A model generated the notes under the pieces. That model was given only the letters and a program-made list of their open reading frames with translations, was not told the origin of the DNA and searched no databases. A DNA stretch of 60,000 nucleotides from Botryllus schlosseri (Eukaryota): assembly GCA_051294905.1 (NCBI GenBank), contig CM119371.1, positions 31,870,001 to 31,930,000 on the forward strand. The letters are read 5' to 3'. Both the position numbers and the translations under genes were made by a program. Of this stretch, positions 47,294 to 60,000 are shown in pieces (the stretch's first letter is position 1; every line of letters starts with the position of its first letter).

Positions 47294-48795
47294 AAAGGGG
47301 CACTGCACTTTGAAAACGATTGGGTCTCAAATTGAAGGGAAAAACAAACAAACAAACAATTTTGGCCGAAGCCATTTTCTTGACAACGGCACCGTAATTG
47401 AGCGGTGATTTATTGAAATTTCCGCAGGACATTCAAGCTCCAGCGGCCGCGGCTGCGCTTCATCGTTTCTTAACCCGTTGACAAAATTTGTGGCGCGATG
47501 TCTTCACCGTCGCGCTTGCTCGACTCGATTAGGCAATCACTTAGAGAACGAACTTCAGATAGTTGTCAGCCGATGCTATGAAGGAATTATCTCTTGCATG
47601 CCAGAGCGGTTTAGTTACGTCAAGTATAGCCATAAGGTACCGTACCGGCGCTAAACGTTCGATGTTAAGTCGGGAGGATTTGTGTCTGAAGCTTGGTCAC
47701 TAGGGTTGTCCAAAATTTGGAAAATCTTAAAAATACCCCGTGATTGTGTCTCATTCCATAGATTATTGATAAAAAATAACAATGAGCCCAAAAGAAGCTC
47801 ACGGGAAAGCCGTTAAGATTTCGGCCAAAGCGTTTTAAAGTAGCTGCCCAAGAATGGGCGTGCCACCGACCATAGAACGGCGAGAAGACTAGTAATCAAA
47901 TAACCACGGCTCCTGATTGGCTAATTGGCTATGCTTCAATGATCAACACAGCAACAACTTGCTGATTATGTGCTCAAGGAGTCTGCTGCCGGTGGGGATT
48001 CTGAAATCGCGTTGTTGGTAGGTTGGCAGATGATGATTTAGGATTAATTCAGGACATGTTAAGGTACGAAATACATGATGAACAATCAACAGCTGCTTCA
48101 CATAAACTTCTACAGCATGACTGCTTTGCTGTGAAGGAAACGGCTGTAGCCTACATGCCGTGTTTTCATCGAGGGAAAGCAAAGACGCCTATGCAAGTAG
48201 TGAACGAATTCCCCGTTTCAGAAGGGATCCATCATCAGTGAATACAAATATAAAGCTTGACCATGACACTATAACATTTGCCAGTTGACTGATATTGAGA
48301 TGCTATAACAGTATATTGATGCAAAGCTATTCATACAGCTGACATTTTGCAGCGTATTACTGACTGCACGCTGCACAGTGCACAACCTTTAGAGTAGGAC
48401 ATGATCTATTTCTGTCATAAATAAATAGAAGACACTAGGCCCGATTTAGACATAAATCTCCTGACTGAACATCGTCCGTTGAATGCCGTATCTAAACCAC
48501 CTTTGCATGTAAGACATATTTCCTTCATAACATCGGCTGACAACCACCTAAAGTTCGTTCTCTGCCTGACTGCCTAATCGCACCAAGCAAGTGCGGCGGT
48601 GAAGACAGCGTGTCATGTAGCGGATTAAGAAATGACGTGCAGCCACAATAGCTGAAGCGTGAAGGTCCTGTATAAATTTTAATAAATTGCAGCTCCATTA
48701 CGGTGGCGTTCTGAAGAAAATGACTGCGGCCAAAAGCCTTTTTTCGTTTCGCCCGTCAATTTGAGGCCACATCGTTTTTAGAGTGCAGTGCAGTA
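47294..48795. mobile_element. Old element with ~290-bp imperfect TIRs, Kolobok-like
   Basis: 47300-47590 is the inverted counterpart of 48520-48792; left end ctaaAGGGGCACTGCAC resembles TTAA-AGG termini. Confidence 0.55.
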
Positions 48796-51700
48796 TCTGT
48801 AGATATTCAGGTTGTCATCGCTATACAACAATGAATATTCCAACCAGACATGGGGTAATCGTGATTATTAATCGTAATCGATTACGACGATTACAGCGTT
48901 TTCAAGTAATCGCAATCGATTACATTCGAAAAAAATCCGAAGTAATCGTTATCGATTATTTCACATATCTATTCGATTTCTTTGTGAAAGAACGATTACT
49001 TTTCACTTGTACAAGGACTTTGACAACTGAACATTCGTAAACAAGGAAGGGTGCGTTATCACGTTATTGATCGCAGAAACGTAGGATATTCAAACGCTAC
49101 TGCTCATTATCACGTTACTAGTATTACATTCGCTCGTCATTGCGTAACGAATTATCCACAAGCCGTAAATTCGATGTGTAATGTAGTAGTGTGATGTAAG
49201 AATGACCGTCATGTCGTATATCAGGTTATCAATACACTCCTAACGCAATTACCTCGCATCAGGATAATAATAACCACTCTGCCTAGTTTCAAATACTAAC
49301 ATATGTATTGATGTTTGGTTAGGCTTAGTTAAAGGCTTATGGAGATTGAACTTGAACACTGAACAGCGAGGAGTAGGCCCATGTACGTAGTACACCGGAA
49401 AAGATTTGAAATTTTGTATTACGATTTCCTCATCGAAGCATTACCAATCAACGGTGCCGATATGTATCATAACAGACTTCTTCTTTGCAGTTACTTGTAA
49501 CGGCAGACCGCAATATCCGTATTAAGTGGATTGCCGGCATGCGTGGCGATGTTCTTTCTTCAACTGAGACCAACGCCTTACTTGAAACGAGCACCATGGC
49601 TATTTCGTAATTCTTTACTCAATATTTAGATATGCCAATACAGCCATCTACACCAGATTAGCGTGGGTGTAGCCAGAATCAGGACTGAAACAGCACTTCG
49701 TCTGCCCTTCCCTCCAAATGTTGGTATTGTACCCACTCCCATACCGTGGTCAATTGGTCATTCAAGCTTCTATGACTGAATTTTGTTAATAACATTGGTT
49801 ATTGAATAAATACTATCCATTTTTGATTATCTCTCAGCCCACTTGGTCAAATTTATCGGTTGAGCTGATGGAGGAGATGCCTACGAAAATTTAGGTGACC
49901 AAATTATTAATTACCATCTTCGGGCGGGCCCGTTGCTATTTTTTTCTTTGCTCTATGTTATTAATTCGGGACAAGTCTCTGCAGCTTTATAGTCAAAGGT
50001 ATTGGAGTCGGCCAAACGTGTAGCAGACTAAACTAAAGAAAAAATTCTTTCATGAGACGCACGCATGAGTTGTCATCTCGTCATGGGCGCATCATTTTTC
50101 TCTATGGGTGCTTCGGGTGGCATTTGTACTGCGGGGCTAAGATTGGGAAGACAGGACTATTCATCGCGCCCATTCAATGCAGTTATGAACAATGAAAAAC
50201 CGATATAGAAAGTTTCGGCAAAAATCTTTCTGTGGCAGCACACTTCGTGGAGTATCATGTTGGCCGAAAGTGCATATGTCGTGATCAATGTTCCCTCTCA
50301 TTTTTGACGAGTCTGCGCGCACTCACCGACTCACTACCCTGACTCAATCTGACTCAATTCCAACTAGTAGAAGTGGAGTTATTTGAATTTTTCAATAATT
50401 CTCGGATTATCCTTTATTGGTGGATAATCCAAGGATTATCAACGAAAAACTCCAATAATCCCGCTTCTACTGGTTGGAATTGAGTCAAATTTGTTTTGCA
50501 TCGTCTCTGAAGACAGCTCAACAATTCATAGGGTTGACAGAAAAATTGAAAAAAAAAATTCAATTTTTTCGTATGAAATAAAAATTATAATTGGATCTGT
50601 GGAGCCTTGTACTTGTTTGAATTTAACCAAATTTGGTGTGCAGTGTTTTTTAGGGTAGCCTGACAATTTTAGGACTGAAAGGCTGGAATCCAGGAAAATA
50701 TTTATTTTTGAACAGTCCTAGTGTACACTCAACTCGGCTGGATAGGCACCTGCGATCAGGGACGAATCCAGCCAAAAAAATGGGGGATATTTTTAGAAAA
50801 GGGGGATGTTTTCAAAAGGAGAGGATGTTCCTACTTTCAAATGATTGATCAGGTTAAATGTATGCACAAATGCAGATTTTACAATAGTCAGATAATCTTG
50901 CTCGTGTTTGTGACTTCTTCATTCGCATATACAAAACTAAGTACAACTATATACAACACCAAAACCAGTAAGCTAAGATAACAGCAGAAAGAGAGACAGC
51001 TAGGTATCTTGACCTTAATTACCTAAGCGAGGATGTTATCACGAAATTGCGCTCAGATCATATTACAGCACGGCGGGAGATCTATCCATTTTGAGCTCGA
51101 ATACGAACACTCGAACAGTGAAAATAAGCAAATGGGTTATAGTCAGTTGCCGCTTGTATCAATTGTTCAGCCTGATTTTGCTCTTGATCTGGATTAATTT
51201 TGTTTTAAATCAATATGATATCTACTGTCCGCCATTCCGCCAAGATGGTGTAGTATTTTTGGTGTGTGGAGATGGTAAAGAATAATTAACGCTTGAGCTT
51301 GTGCGATTGCATCACATGAATAACATTGGCCCGGCGCAGGCTTAGGCTTGCAATTGGCTGCTATCTACTATCGTTTAGAGACAATACCGTTAATTGTATA
51401 ATGATTAGCAATCACATCTGTAAAAGGTCTCCTCGTGCTCAAGATGTCGTGTCGCTAGCCTGAACTATCGCGCCGCCCGGCTCACAGGCTTTGGCTGCTA
51501 TCTACTATCGTTTAAAGACAATCCCGCTAATTGTATAATTATTAGCGATCGCTGCGTAATGATTGTTCAAGAGTGACATTGCAAAACAGAATGACATCGT
51601 ACACGAAATCGGAACTATTCATGTACTGAAATGCAGGGTGTGTACTATACATGGGTACAGGCTTTTTCCCGGAACATGCTATTTTAGGGGTGCGCTCGTG

Positions 51701-54061
51701 CGTATTATACACGGGGGCGTACTATACTTGGAAAATTACGGCATTTGTCCTGTGGGGGGCAGATTGCGACGACATGATAATTCGGCACGAGCGATTTAAG
51801 TACCTATGGACGATTATACTTATATACATCAAAGTTTACGGTCAACATAAGGACAATCCTCTTCGGCTGAGGTTTTCTCGCTGACAATTTTTTTTGATAC
51901 ACTTCTCGGAGTCCCATATTCACCGGAGCTTCGTGTGTCTTCGTGCATCGTGGCGTGGTGATGGCCGACGCCGAAATGCCTATTTTTATTTTCTATGATT
52001 ATGCGTATTCTTCCTTGGGGGAGTCGTCAAGACATCATGTGTAATTTATAGCCATTCACCGAAATAATTTAGGGCACCCTTCGAGCTCACCGGTTGGGGG
52101 TTTGGGTTGCAGCAGTTTCGGTCCTGGTAGGAGGTCAAATTCCAGTCGGTCTTTTCGGGACTGTGGTATTGGAAATATTTCCCACTTTATTTACGGTCGA
52201 GGACCATTCGACTATAATAAACCATAGAACAGGGGCGGGCAACATACGACCCGCGGGCTGGATCCGGCCCGTGACGGGATTTTGTCCGGCTCGCGGACAG
52301 TGTCCTGTCTTACATGATAATGTGGCCATAGCGGCCCCAGTCTGCCGAGATCCCCAACTACTTGCTAACTACGTCAAATTTTAGTGACTCTATGTTATGA
52401 TATACGTATGCGCGCATCGTACGAGAGTGGAGATTACCCGTAAGCTCGTCGAAGCGAGAAGACTTGCATCATAAGCATTTACGATGTAGGCTACTCAATC
52501 CTAATGTTGCTTGACGACTACAATGGTCATTTACACGAGGCCGATATTTCTTATTTTTGATTCGGTAACCGCCGACTTGAACCACTTGTACCGACTTGTA
52601 TCAATCGAAAGCTACCGTGATGCTGATTTCTAAGATATCAATTTTAATATGCTCGTGATCCCGGATGGCCGGACGCCTCAAAATCAGCCATGCATGTGTC
52701 ATTGTAACGGAGTTTGGTATTGTGACGCAACCATATGCCGTCTGAGAAGCTCAGGATCAAGTGCGCACGAGAGTGAGAGTGTGAATGCTCACTCGGCTGC
52801 GCAACAATGGTTAATACGCTTGCGGTTTACGCTGCTTCTCACCTTCTCCAAAAACGCATGATTGCGTCACAATCCCAAACTCCGTTACAATGCAACTTTC
52901 GAGGCTGATTTTAGGGGGATCCAGGACCACGCGCAGAATAAAATTTACATTTTTGGAATCAGTACCACGGTATAGCTTTCGATGGATACCAATTTTGTCA
53001 AATTCAATGCTCGGCAAGCCGGTCAAAAATTACTGTCAAATTGCTTTTGACCAAATGGAAAGAGTGACGTAGACCAATTTCACAGAGCCGTGGATTTGCT
53101 TGTGTCCACTCCATATAGGACACTTTGATCGAACCGTGTGTTGATTGATCATAGATAAGCAGACATGGTAGCGCCTATATACAACAATGCTGTTATCAAA
53201 TCCACATTGGCGAGAAATGGATTTGAAGTGACATGGCTGTCGTTGAAATACATTTATTAAATACGATATTCTCATGGTACATGTGGATAAATTTGCGAAT
53301 AATGTATCAATTCAGCAATCAGGGTCCAATCAAGGTTGGTATAACAACAATCGGGCACAGTCTCGTATCCTGTGGGTCGAACCATCGCGAATTCACATCT
53401 GCGATTGGCAATACGGGGAAAATAATGGTATAGGATTTTGTCTTGGAGTGCGTTGTGTAACTACAAGTAAGTCAACTGAGAATGGGATGCAAATATCTGC
53501 TCACATTGAATTTAGTGCTGTACCCAGTTATTAATTTTAACATGAATGTATTCCAAACAAAGCAACTCATTATATATTAAAACGTTCAGGCCCTGATGTT
53601 ATGAACCACAACACTATATAGTATCATTCTTTATGATACGATAAATAAATATTCTGACGATTTAATTTTTTAGCTCTCAAATACAAGAATACTTAGTTAT
53701 TCATTTCGTGTACTAAGCTGCAAAACTTTTCTTATGTACAAGGGGGCTCTATAAGTGCGCGCAATGCGTTTTGCATGAATTATAATAACCCACTACATTT
53801 ATGAAAACATGTAGCAAACATCGTTGCGCAGCGCGACCAACAATTTCGGGATTTGACATGTTCTGTGGAATGTTAATTTGCTCTAAATACTCATCAAGGA
53901 TATGTCTTACTACCACATCATCTACTACGAAGCCATTTTTCTTCAGCGCGCCCTTGAGCCCAGCGCCCGCCATATCGCCCCCTGAGCGTTACCGCCCCCT
54001 TCAAAATCGATAGCGCCCCTTGGGGGGCGCTGGAGGCAAGGTCAAGAAACACTGGTGTATA

Positions 54062-54866
54062 CTGTAATTTTCCATGTATAATGCGCAAAATTTTACCGAT
54101 TTTTTGCCCTAAAATAGGGGGTGCGTATTATACATGGGTACAGCAAGCCTTGAAAAAATCTCCCTCGATCGAAAACTTGAAATCACACCTTTGTTCATGT
54201 TTGTTTAAATCCCGCATCACCTCTAGCCATTGGGCCCGGTAATTCGTATTATAGATTATAACGAGCTGCCAAATAGAGAAGCGTGTTGCCAATTAACGAA
54301 AAGCGTGTTTCCAATTAACGAGAGTGGTCTGCACAGCACGCGATCTCTTGCTGAGTTGGTTTGCCGAGCGAAATTAGGTCGCTGATTGCTACAAGCGTGC
54401 GCGGCAATCCTTGCTGATTCATTGCCTTAACAATCGCATACACAAGAGGCCATGTGCGTAAGATGTAATCGCTTGCGTAATCAGTCGCATCTCCAACAGC
54501 GCTGCTGCGCCCGACATAATCGTTGGTCTGAGCAATCGCATCTGTAATTGTAATAAACCTCGTGCGCAAGATGTCGTGTGCCGCTAGCCTAAACTATCGC
54601 GTCGCCGACCTCACAGGCTTTGGCTACTATCTACTCTCGTTTAGAGACAATGTTGTTAATTGTATTATGATTAGCGATCATTATGTCCTGATTGTGCGAC
54701 GGTGGCATCGCAAAACGGAACAATTTCGAATATTAAACCGCAACTATTCATGTGCTGCGAATGCCGGGTGCGTACTATACATGGGTACAGGTTTTTCCCA
54801 GAATTTACACGCCATTTAAAGGGTGCATATTATACATGGGGGCGCACTATATTCGGAAAATTACGG
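54062..54866 (+). mobile_element. Tc1/mariner pogo-like MITE (partial relative at ~51335-51741)
   Basis: ta|CTGTAATTTTCC ... GGAAAATTACGG; GGTGCGTATTATAC subterminal repeats. Confidence 0.7.
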
Positions 54867-56115
54867 CAAGTTAATAATTGCACTGTCAAAATGTATGAAA
54901 GATAAGCAGAAACGATAAACCCCTTCCATCACCACGTGCCAGCGGATCTTGTTATGTTTCTGTATGAGGTAAATGAAAATTACGGCGGGGCAGAACGGCT
55001 CGACGTATCGCCGTGGACAATATGTATGAACTCTGTATTCAGCCACTAAAATGGCATGTTTCAGCAAGATATCAGTCCAAACTATCGTGGAATATTTTTT
55101 GTAGTGCTAAAACATGTTACTCGTAGCTTATCTATATTCAGACCTTTGTTTTCGTGACTGTGTTATACTTACAGGCACTGTCAGTACTATGCACTTCATC
55201 GAAGCCGTTGATATATCACAAACATGACCCGGTGATCATATATTTCTATCATTTCCGGAAATATTGAATTTTCAATTCAAGATTGCACGGCCTTTACTGG
55301 TTGGAATTGAGTCAAATTTGGTGTGCAGCGTTTTTTTAGACAACCTGACGATTTTATCATTAAGCAAAGTGAGATTTGGAAAAAAAAGTTTTTTTGAACA
55401 ATCCTAAATTGCACAGGTTCTATATTTGCTGTCTCTAATTCTTACAAAAAACTCAATGTTTGTTAGAAATATGCGTGATAATACAAGCATTTGTCAATTT
55501 AATAAGAATTGCTTTGCGGGCCGGATCAAATCGTCACCCAAGCCGGAAACGGCCCAGGTGCCGTGTTTGACACCCCTGATGTAGAAGAAAAAAATATTTG
55601 TTTATCCGTTTTTAACCGAATGGCAACGGCTGCAATTTTCGAAAAATTTTACTTCAATTTTCAAAATCGAAAAACTGTGCCTTAATGGGATTGAAGCACG
55701 GTGAACAAGGTAGCGTTCGATTCAGAATTTCAACGCGGATCCGATTGCGCCACTCAAATCATTTCGAGCTCTGTGTCTGGCCACTTATATCGAGAGCAAG
55801 CCGAGAAAACGTTGCTTTGAAGCAGAAATGCTAAATTGCGGACCTTATGAACCTTGGTATAGGTATTCGACGACCATACAGTCTGGTGTATTGTATAGGC
55901 TCAGAATTCATCGTTCTAGAGAGCCCTGAGTCGACGGTCTACGTCTAGCAGGCGCTAATTTCTAATCAAAACAATACCAACCGTTTTAGTCAGCTCGCGG
56001 CAGGCCTCCGAGAGAGTGAGTCATAGCGAATGATTCGCGCGCGTATGGTAACTTGTAAGGCTTATAACTCAAACTGTTGTGACCCTATATTAGTTATTTT
56101 AGTATTGGTAGACGG

Positions 56116-57452
56116 TAGGGATGGTGTGAACGTGAGGTTCACGTTCGCGTTCTGTGTGTGAACCTCAAAAATTTAGAGGTTCGCGTTCACAACAGAACCT
56201 TGGTAGGTTCTGCACTGTGAACCTTTTTCATATATTACAATTTTCACTTCATTGTAACATCGTTGGCTTAAATTTATTGCATTTCAACTGCAGGCCACTC
56301 TATGCGTGGCGCTGGCATCATCAAAAAGAAATCGACACTAAACGAGCATGCACCTTGACAATCTCAAAAGTTTTACTTGCTTTGTTGCAAAAGTTTGCTC
56401 GAAAGATCCAGCTTTCCGTTTGTAAATATTTAGTGACTCTCTGCTGCGAGCTTGGCCCGCAATCGCAAAACATCACGAGCGAAATAAGCTATGTAGTCAG
56501 CAAATGATGCTTATTTAACCAATCAATGGTAAGCCTATGTCCCAGAGCACTAAAACTCGATCCTTGATAACATATTTTGTCCGTGGTGCACAAGGCCGGA
56601 AACGGCGACACGCGCCACTTAAAACTCATCATTAATAATAATAATAATAACCAATCAATGAGATTGATATCGGTTTCTGATGCGAAAAATCTAGCAGGCG
56701 TACGGGGTCAATCTTGACTTCATGTTTACTGTATCATTAAAACCAAATCGGTGCGATTGAGGTATTGGCTACTGCTGTATAACTTGTTAATGGGGTAATA
56801 TCAGTAGCAAGCATTGATAGACGTTTCACACTCCGCTCAATATCAATGTAGCAATACTCGAATGCCGAATACATTTTCCGGTCTGTCATACGAAAAAGGT
56901 GATTCGAGTCTAACTTGAGCCAAGTCATGACTCGAGTCATCCCGATATTGCTACAAGGCCATATCTGCATCTTCTTTGCCCGGCGGCATATGCATATCAT
57001 GTAGGCCTACTTATGGTATGCATATGCGCAGATCGTGTGCGGTATGTAAGCTATATCATGATTAGGTGTATATGCCGTGCCGAAGGACAAAAATAAACTA
57101 TGTCCTTTCCTTTCCTTATATTCCCTGGTAAGTCCTCGTCGAAATTGCAGGCAAAGCTGCGGAAGATATTGGTTTTATGGGATTATTATATCATTTGATC
57201 ACCCCAGTCGATACATTTGGCGACGTTTAAAACGTCAATATATACTTCAGCATTGTGACATTATGTTGCCCGAGTCGTCGCTAGGTATCGTGTACATTAA
57301 TATGGGCTATCATTTCATTGAAAGATATGGTTGGAATTAGCAATATGACGTCACATGACGTCATGAGGTTCACGTTCGTGTTCACACAGAACCTTTCAAA
57401 AAGGTTCGCGTTCACACGAACCTGAACCTTTCATAGGTTCACACCATCCCTA
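56116..57452. mobile_element. hAT MITE with GTGAAC/GTTCAC subterminal repeats
   Basis: TIR TAGGGATGGTGTGAAC / GTTCACACCATCCCTA; perfect TSD gtagacgg. Confidence 0.9.
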
Positions 57453-59193
57453 GTAGACGGATATTTACAGTCCTTACCATAATGATTTACTGCAAATGCT
57501 TATCATTACTACAACGTAAGATGTATATCGATGTACGACAGCTCTTTGTATACCCAGACGCACGCTTTTGTGTAGGTATAATCCCCGAGTAAAATTGTAT
57601 GTATTCCGAATTATACTCTACCATTAGCCGTTATTTCGAATCATATGTGCAACAACAATTCACAGACACAATCTATGAAGGTTTATGGCTATTAGAACAC
57701 GATATATTTCACGTTATGTGACGGGTATTCAGCCATGTGCTTGAAGCTGGTACGGTAGTCTGACTGAATTCGCTTCCCGGTTTTCAAATGAAACCTTGAG
57801 CGGTATAGAGCTAACTAGTATAGTTGATTTAGCAAAATATAAACAGAAACTGACAATCGCTATTCATAGCAACAAACTACAGCTGGTTATGACGAATAAA
57901 ACCAACTAAACGACAGTGTATATGGCGCGTATGAGGAACGCGCGTGTCTGCGAAATGATGCTTCGGCGGATATTTTTGTCACGCGGCCTATCACATGCTT
58001 CTGATCAGCTTAGATGTAACTAATATCAGATATGAAGATACGTGTGGACTTGTATGGACACTAGCTATTCACATAATGAAACAACTATGCGCAAAGACGG
58101 CTAGAACGAAACATACAGAACGTTATCTGAGAGTGGTCAATGATGCGCGAATTGCCGACACAGTGTATTTTGCAACATATTTATCTACGGTGTTTGATAT
58201 ACGATTTTGACGGCTTCGATATAATAAATATCATATAACAAGGTATCAATGAACTTGTACGAACAATATCTATTCACAGAAATGAAAAACAACGACCTAG
58301 CACGATTAATGTGTAATATATCGTGGTTTCAATTACGGTACTCTTCTCTCGTACCGGCATGTCGAAAAATATACACGCCGGTGCCAAACGGTTAAGCAAT
58401 AAATCGTTTTGTGTTCACAATAGAGAAAACTTTCTTCTTAGGACAAATAGAATCATGATGTTTTGGCAGCTTTTGAGCTATATTTCCTGGCTTAACGACC
58501 GGTGGTTTCCGAGATGGACTATTGTACCCCCTTGCTCGCAGAAATTTGGGATTACCGGCAGGAAAATGAGGGATTAACCCCCTATAGTGAATTTATATTT
58601 AGGTCATTTGTCAGGATTTAAGAACCCCCTTCATTTCGATTTCAACAAAAAAAATTTGCTGCAGCACAGCGGGGTAAGAATCGGTCTAGTGATAGGCAAA
58701 CAGCGGAGTCGAGTCGATATAAGCGTAAGCAATATTTGTGCACCCATTCAAAGCTAACCTAAGTTAACTGGATAATTGGACCTGATCCATTAGGATTATA
58801 TAAGTTTATATCTCGGAATGCGAAATCTGTGTTTCTGAAAATTACTACTTCCACTTGTAATAGAGTAGAAACTCACAAAATTGGGTTAACTCCTACTCGT
58901 GTACCAGGCTACCAGCAATGACTACTTCCTCGTTGATCTAAGACCATTATTCTGTTTGAAACAGTTTTGGCATGCTTTGAAAATCACTACTTTTACTTAG
59001 TTGAGTAGAAATTCAAAATATTAGTTTTACTTCTACTTGAAGACCTGTTTCGAGCACATTCGCCCATGCTGTGTATCGAATAGTGCACTTCCGTGATTTG
59101 AAAAAAGTACTTTTCACCCTGTTAACTTTCAGAAATCTAGCACTCCGTATTATACATATTCTCCTTCATCCTAATTACCGCGACGTTTAGGAA

Positions 59194-60000
59194 ATGGCTG
59201 ATGTATTGAATCGTATCGATGTGACAGACACAAATCCTTCATGTCGAGTAAGGAATTGCGGATCCAATTCACAATGTGATGAACGCGCCATTGAAAATAT
59301 TTGTGAGATCTGCGGCAAAGGCTTCACCACGAAGTCCGGTATGAGGGTTCATATGAGAATTCATACAGGAGACAAGCAATTCGAGTGTGACATATGCGGG
59401 AAAAGATTTCTCCGGAGGTCTGCCCTACTTGTTCATTCTTCAGTCCACACGGGAAAGAAAGACCACAAGTGCGATTTATGCGGGAAGGCATTCAGCAACA
59501 GATCCAGTCTGAGACTACACGGGAAACTTCATATCGGATTTATGGAGTTCAAATGCGACATATGTGCGAAACCTTTCTTTGACAATTCCAGCATGACAAA
59601 ACACATGGAAAGTCATGCCGGATTCAAAGAGTCTGTGATCAACATTTGCGGGAAAAGTTCTGTTAAACGGTCTCAACTAAAGTGCTATGTTTGCGAGAAG
59701 ACGTTCAGCTACAAATGCAACATGCAAAGACACATGAAAATTCATATCGGAATAAAAGAGTTCAAATGTGATATATGTGCGAGACCATTCATGCAGAAAA
59801 ATGACATGATTAAGCACAAAAAAATTCACGCTAAATTGAAAGAGTTCGAATGCGAGATATGCGGCAAAAGATTTGTGGAAGGGTCTGGGCTAAGATATCA
59901 TTTTTCCGCCCATATGGGAATAAAAAATTATGAATGTGATATATGCGGGAAAGCATTCATCACCAAATATCAGCTTAGTTATCACTTGAAATTTCATGAC
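59194..60000 (+). CDS. C2H2 (Kruppel-type) zinc-finger protein, at least 8 fingers, 3' end outside the window
   Basis: Open 269-codon frame MADVLNRID...CEICGKGFTTKSGMRVHMRIHTGDKQFECDICGKRF... with eight CxxC-x12-HxxxH units. An acceptor gtttag| at 59190 means upstream exons may exist. Missing from the ORF track because it has no stop in the window. Confidence 0.95.
   Translation, partial: MADVLNRIDVTDTNPSCRVRNCGSNSQCDERAIENICEICGKGFTTKSGMRVHMRIHTGDKQFECDICGKRFLRRSALLVHSSVHTGKKDHKCDLCGKAFSNRSSLRLHGKLHIGFMEFKCDICAKPFFDNSSMTKHMESHAGFKESVINICGKSSVKRSQLKCYVCEKTFSYKCNMQRHMKIHIGIKEFKCDICARPFMQKNDMIKHKKIHAKLKEFECEICGKRFVEGSGLRYHFSAHMGIKNYECDICGKAFITKYQLSYHLKFHD

Noticed and set aside
52230..55578. 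One large hAT element from CAGGGGCGGGCAAC to GACACCCCTG
   Set aside because: Flanks ccatagaa/atgtagaa match only 5/8, so the ends may belong to different copies.

Overview
Eukaryotic, AT-rich animal genomic DNA with short GT-AG introns and a very high density of DNA transposons and MITEs. An invertebrate, possibly a colonial ascidian, is inferred from gene architecture and is not proven. Most ORF-track entries are spurious. The real coding content is as follows. (1) Two tandem + strand paralogs of a 10-exon type-I membrane receptor: signal peptide, N-terminal domain, sushi/CCP domain, atypical Ig-like domains, TM helix and tyrosine-motif tail. Copy A (exons 3-10 at 119-7170, 5' end outside the window) is intact. 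Copy B (14369-25237) has an in-frame TAG before the TM exon. Their cytoplasmic tyrosine motifs are reciprocally swapped (ITIM-like YxxV in A, two NPxY in B), as in paired immune or allorecognition receptors such as the Botryllus fester/fester co-receptor families (inference). (2) A hAT transposase remnant. (3) A C2H2 zinc-finger gene that runs off the right edge. The rest is non-autonomous hAT, Harbinger, P-like, pogo-like and unclassified elements, often nested 3-4 levels deep with readable target-site duplications (TSDs). These include a 598-bp foldback and a 1.2-kb palindromic element with G-rich telomere-like repeats.
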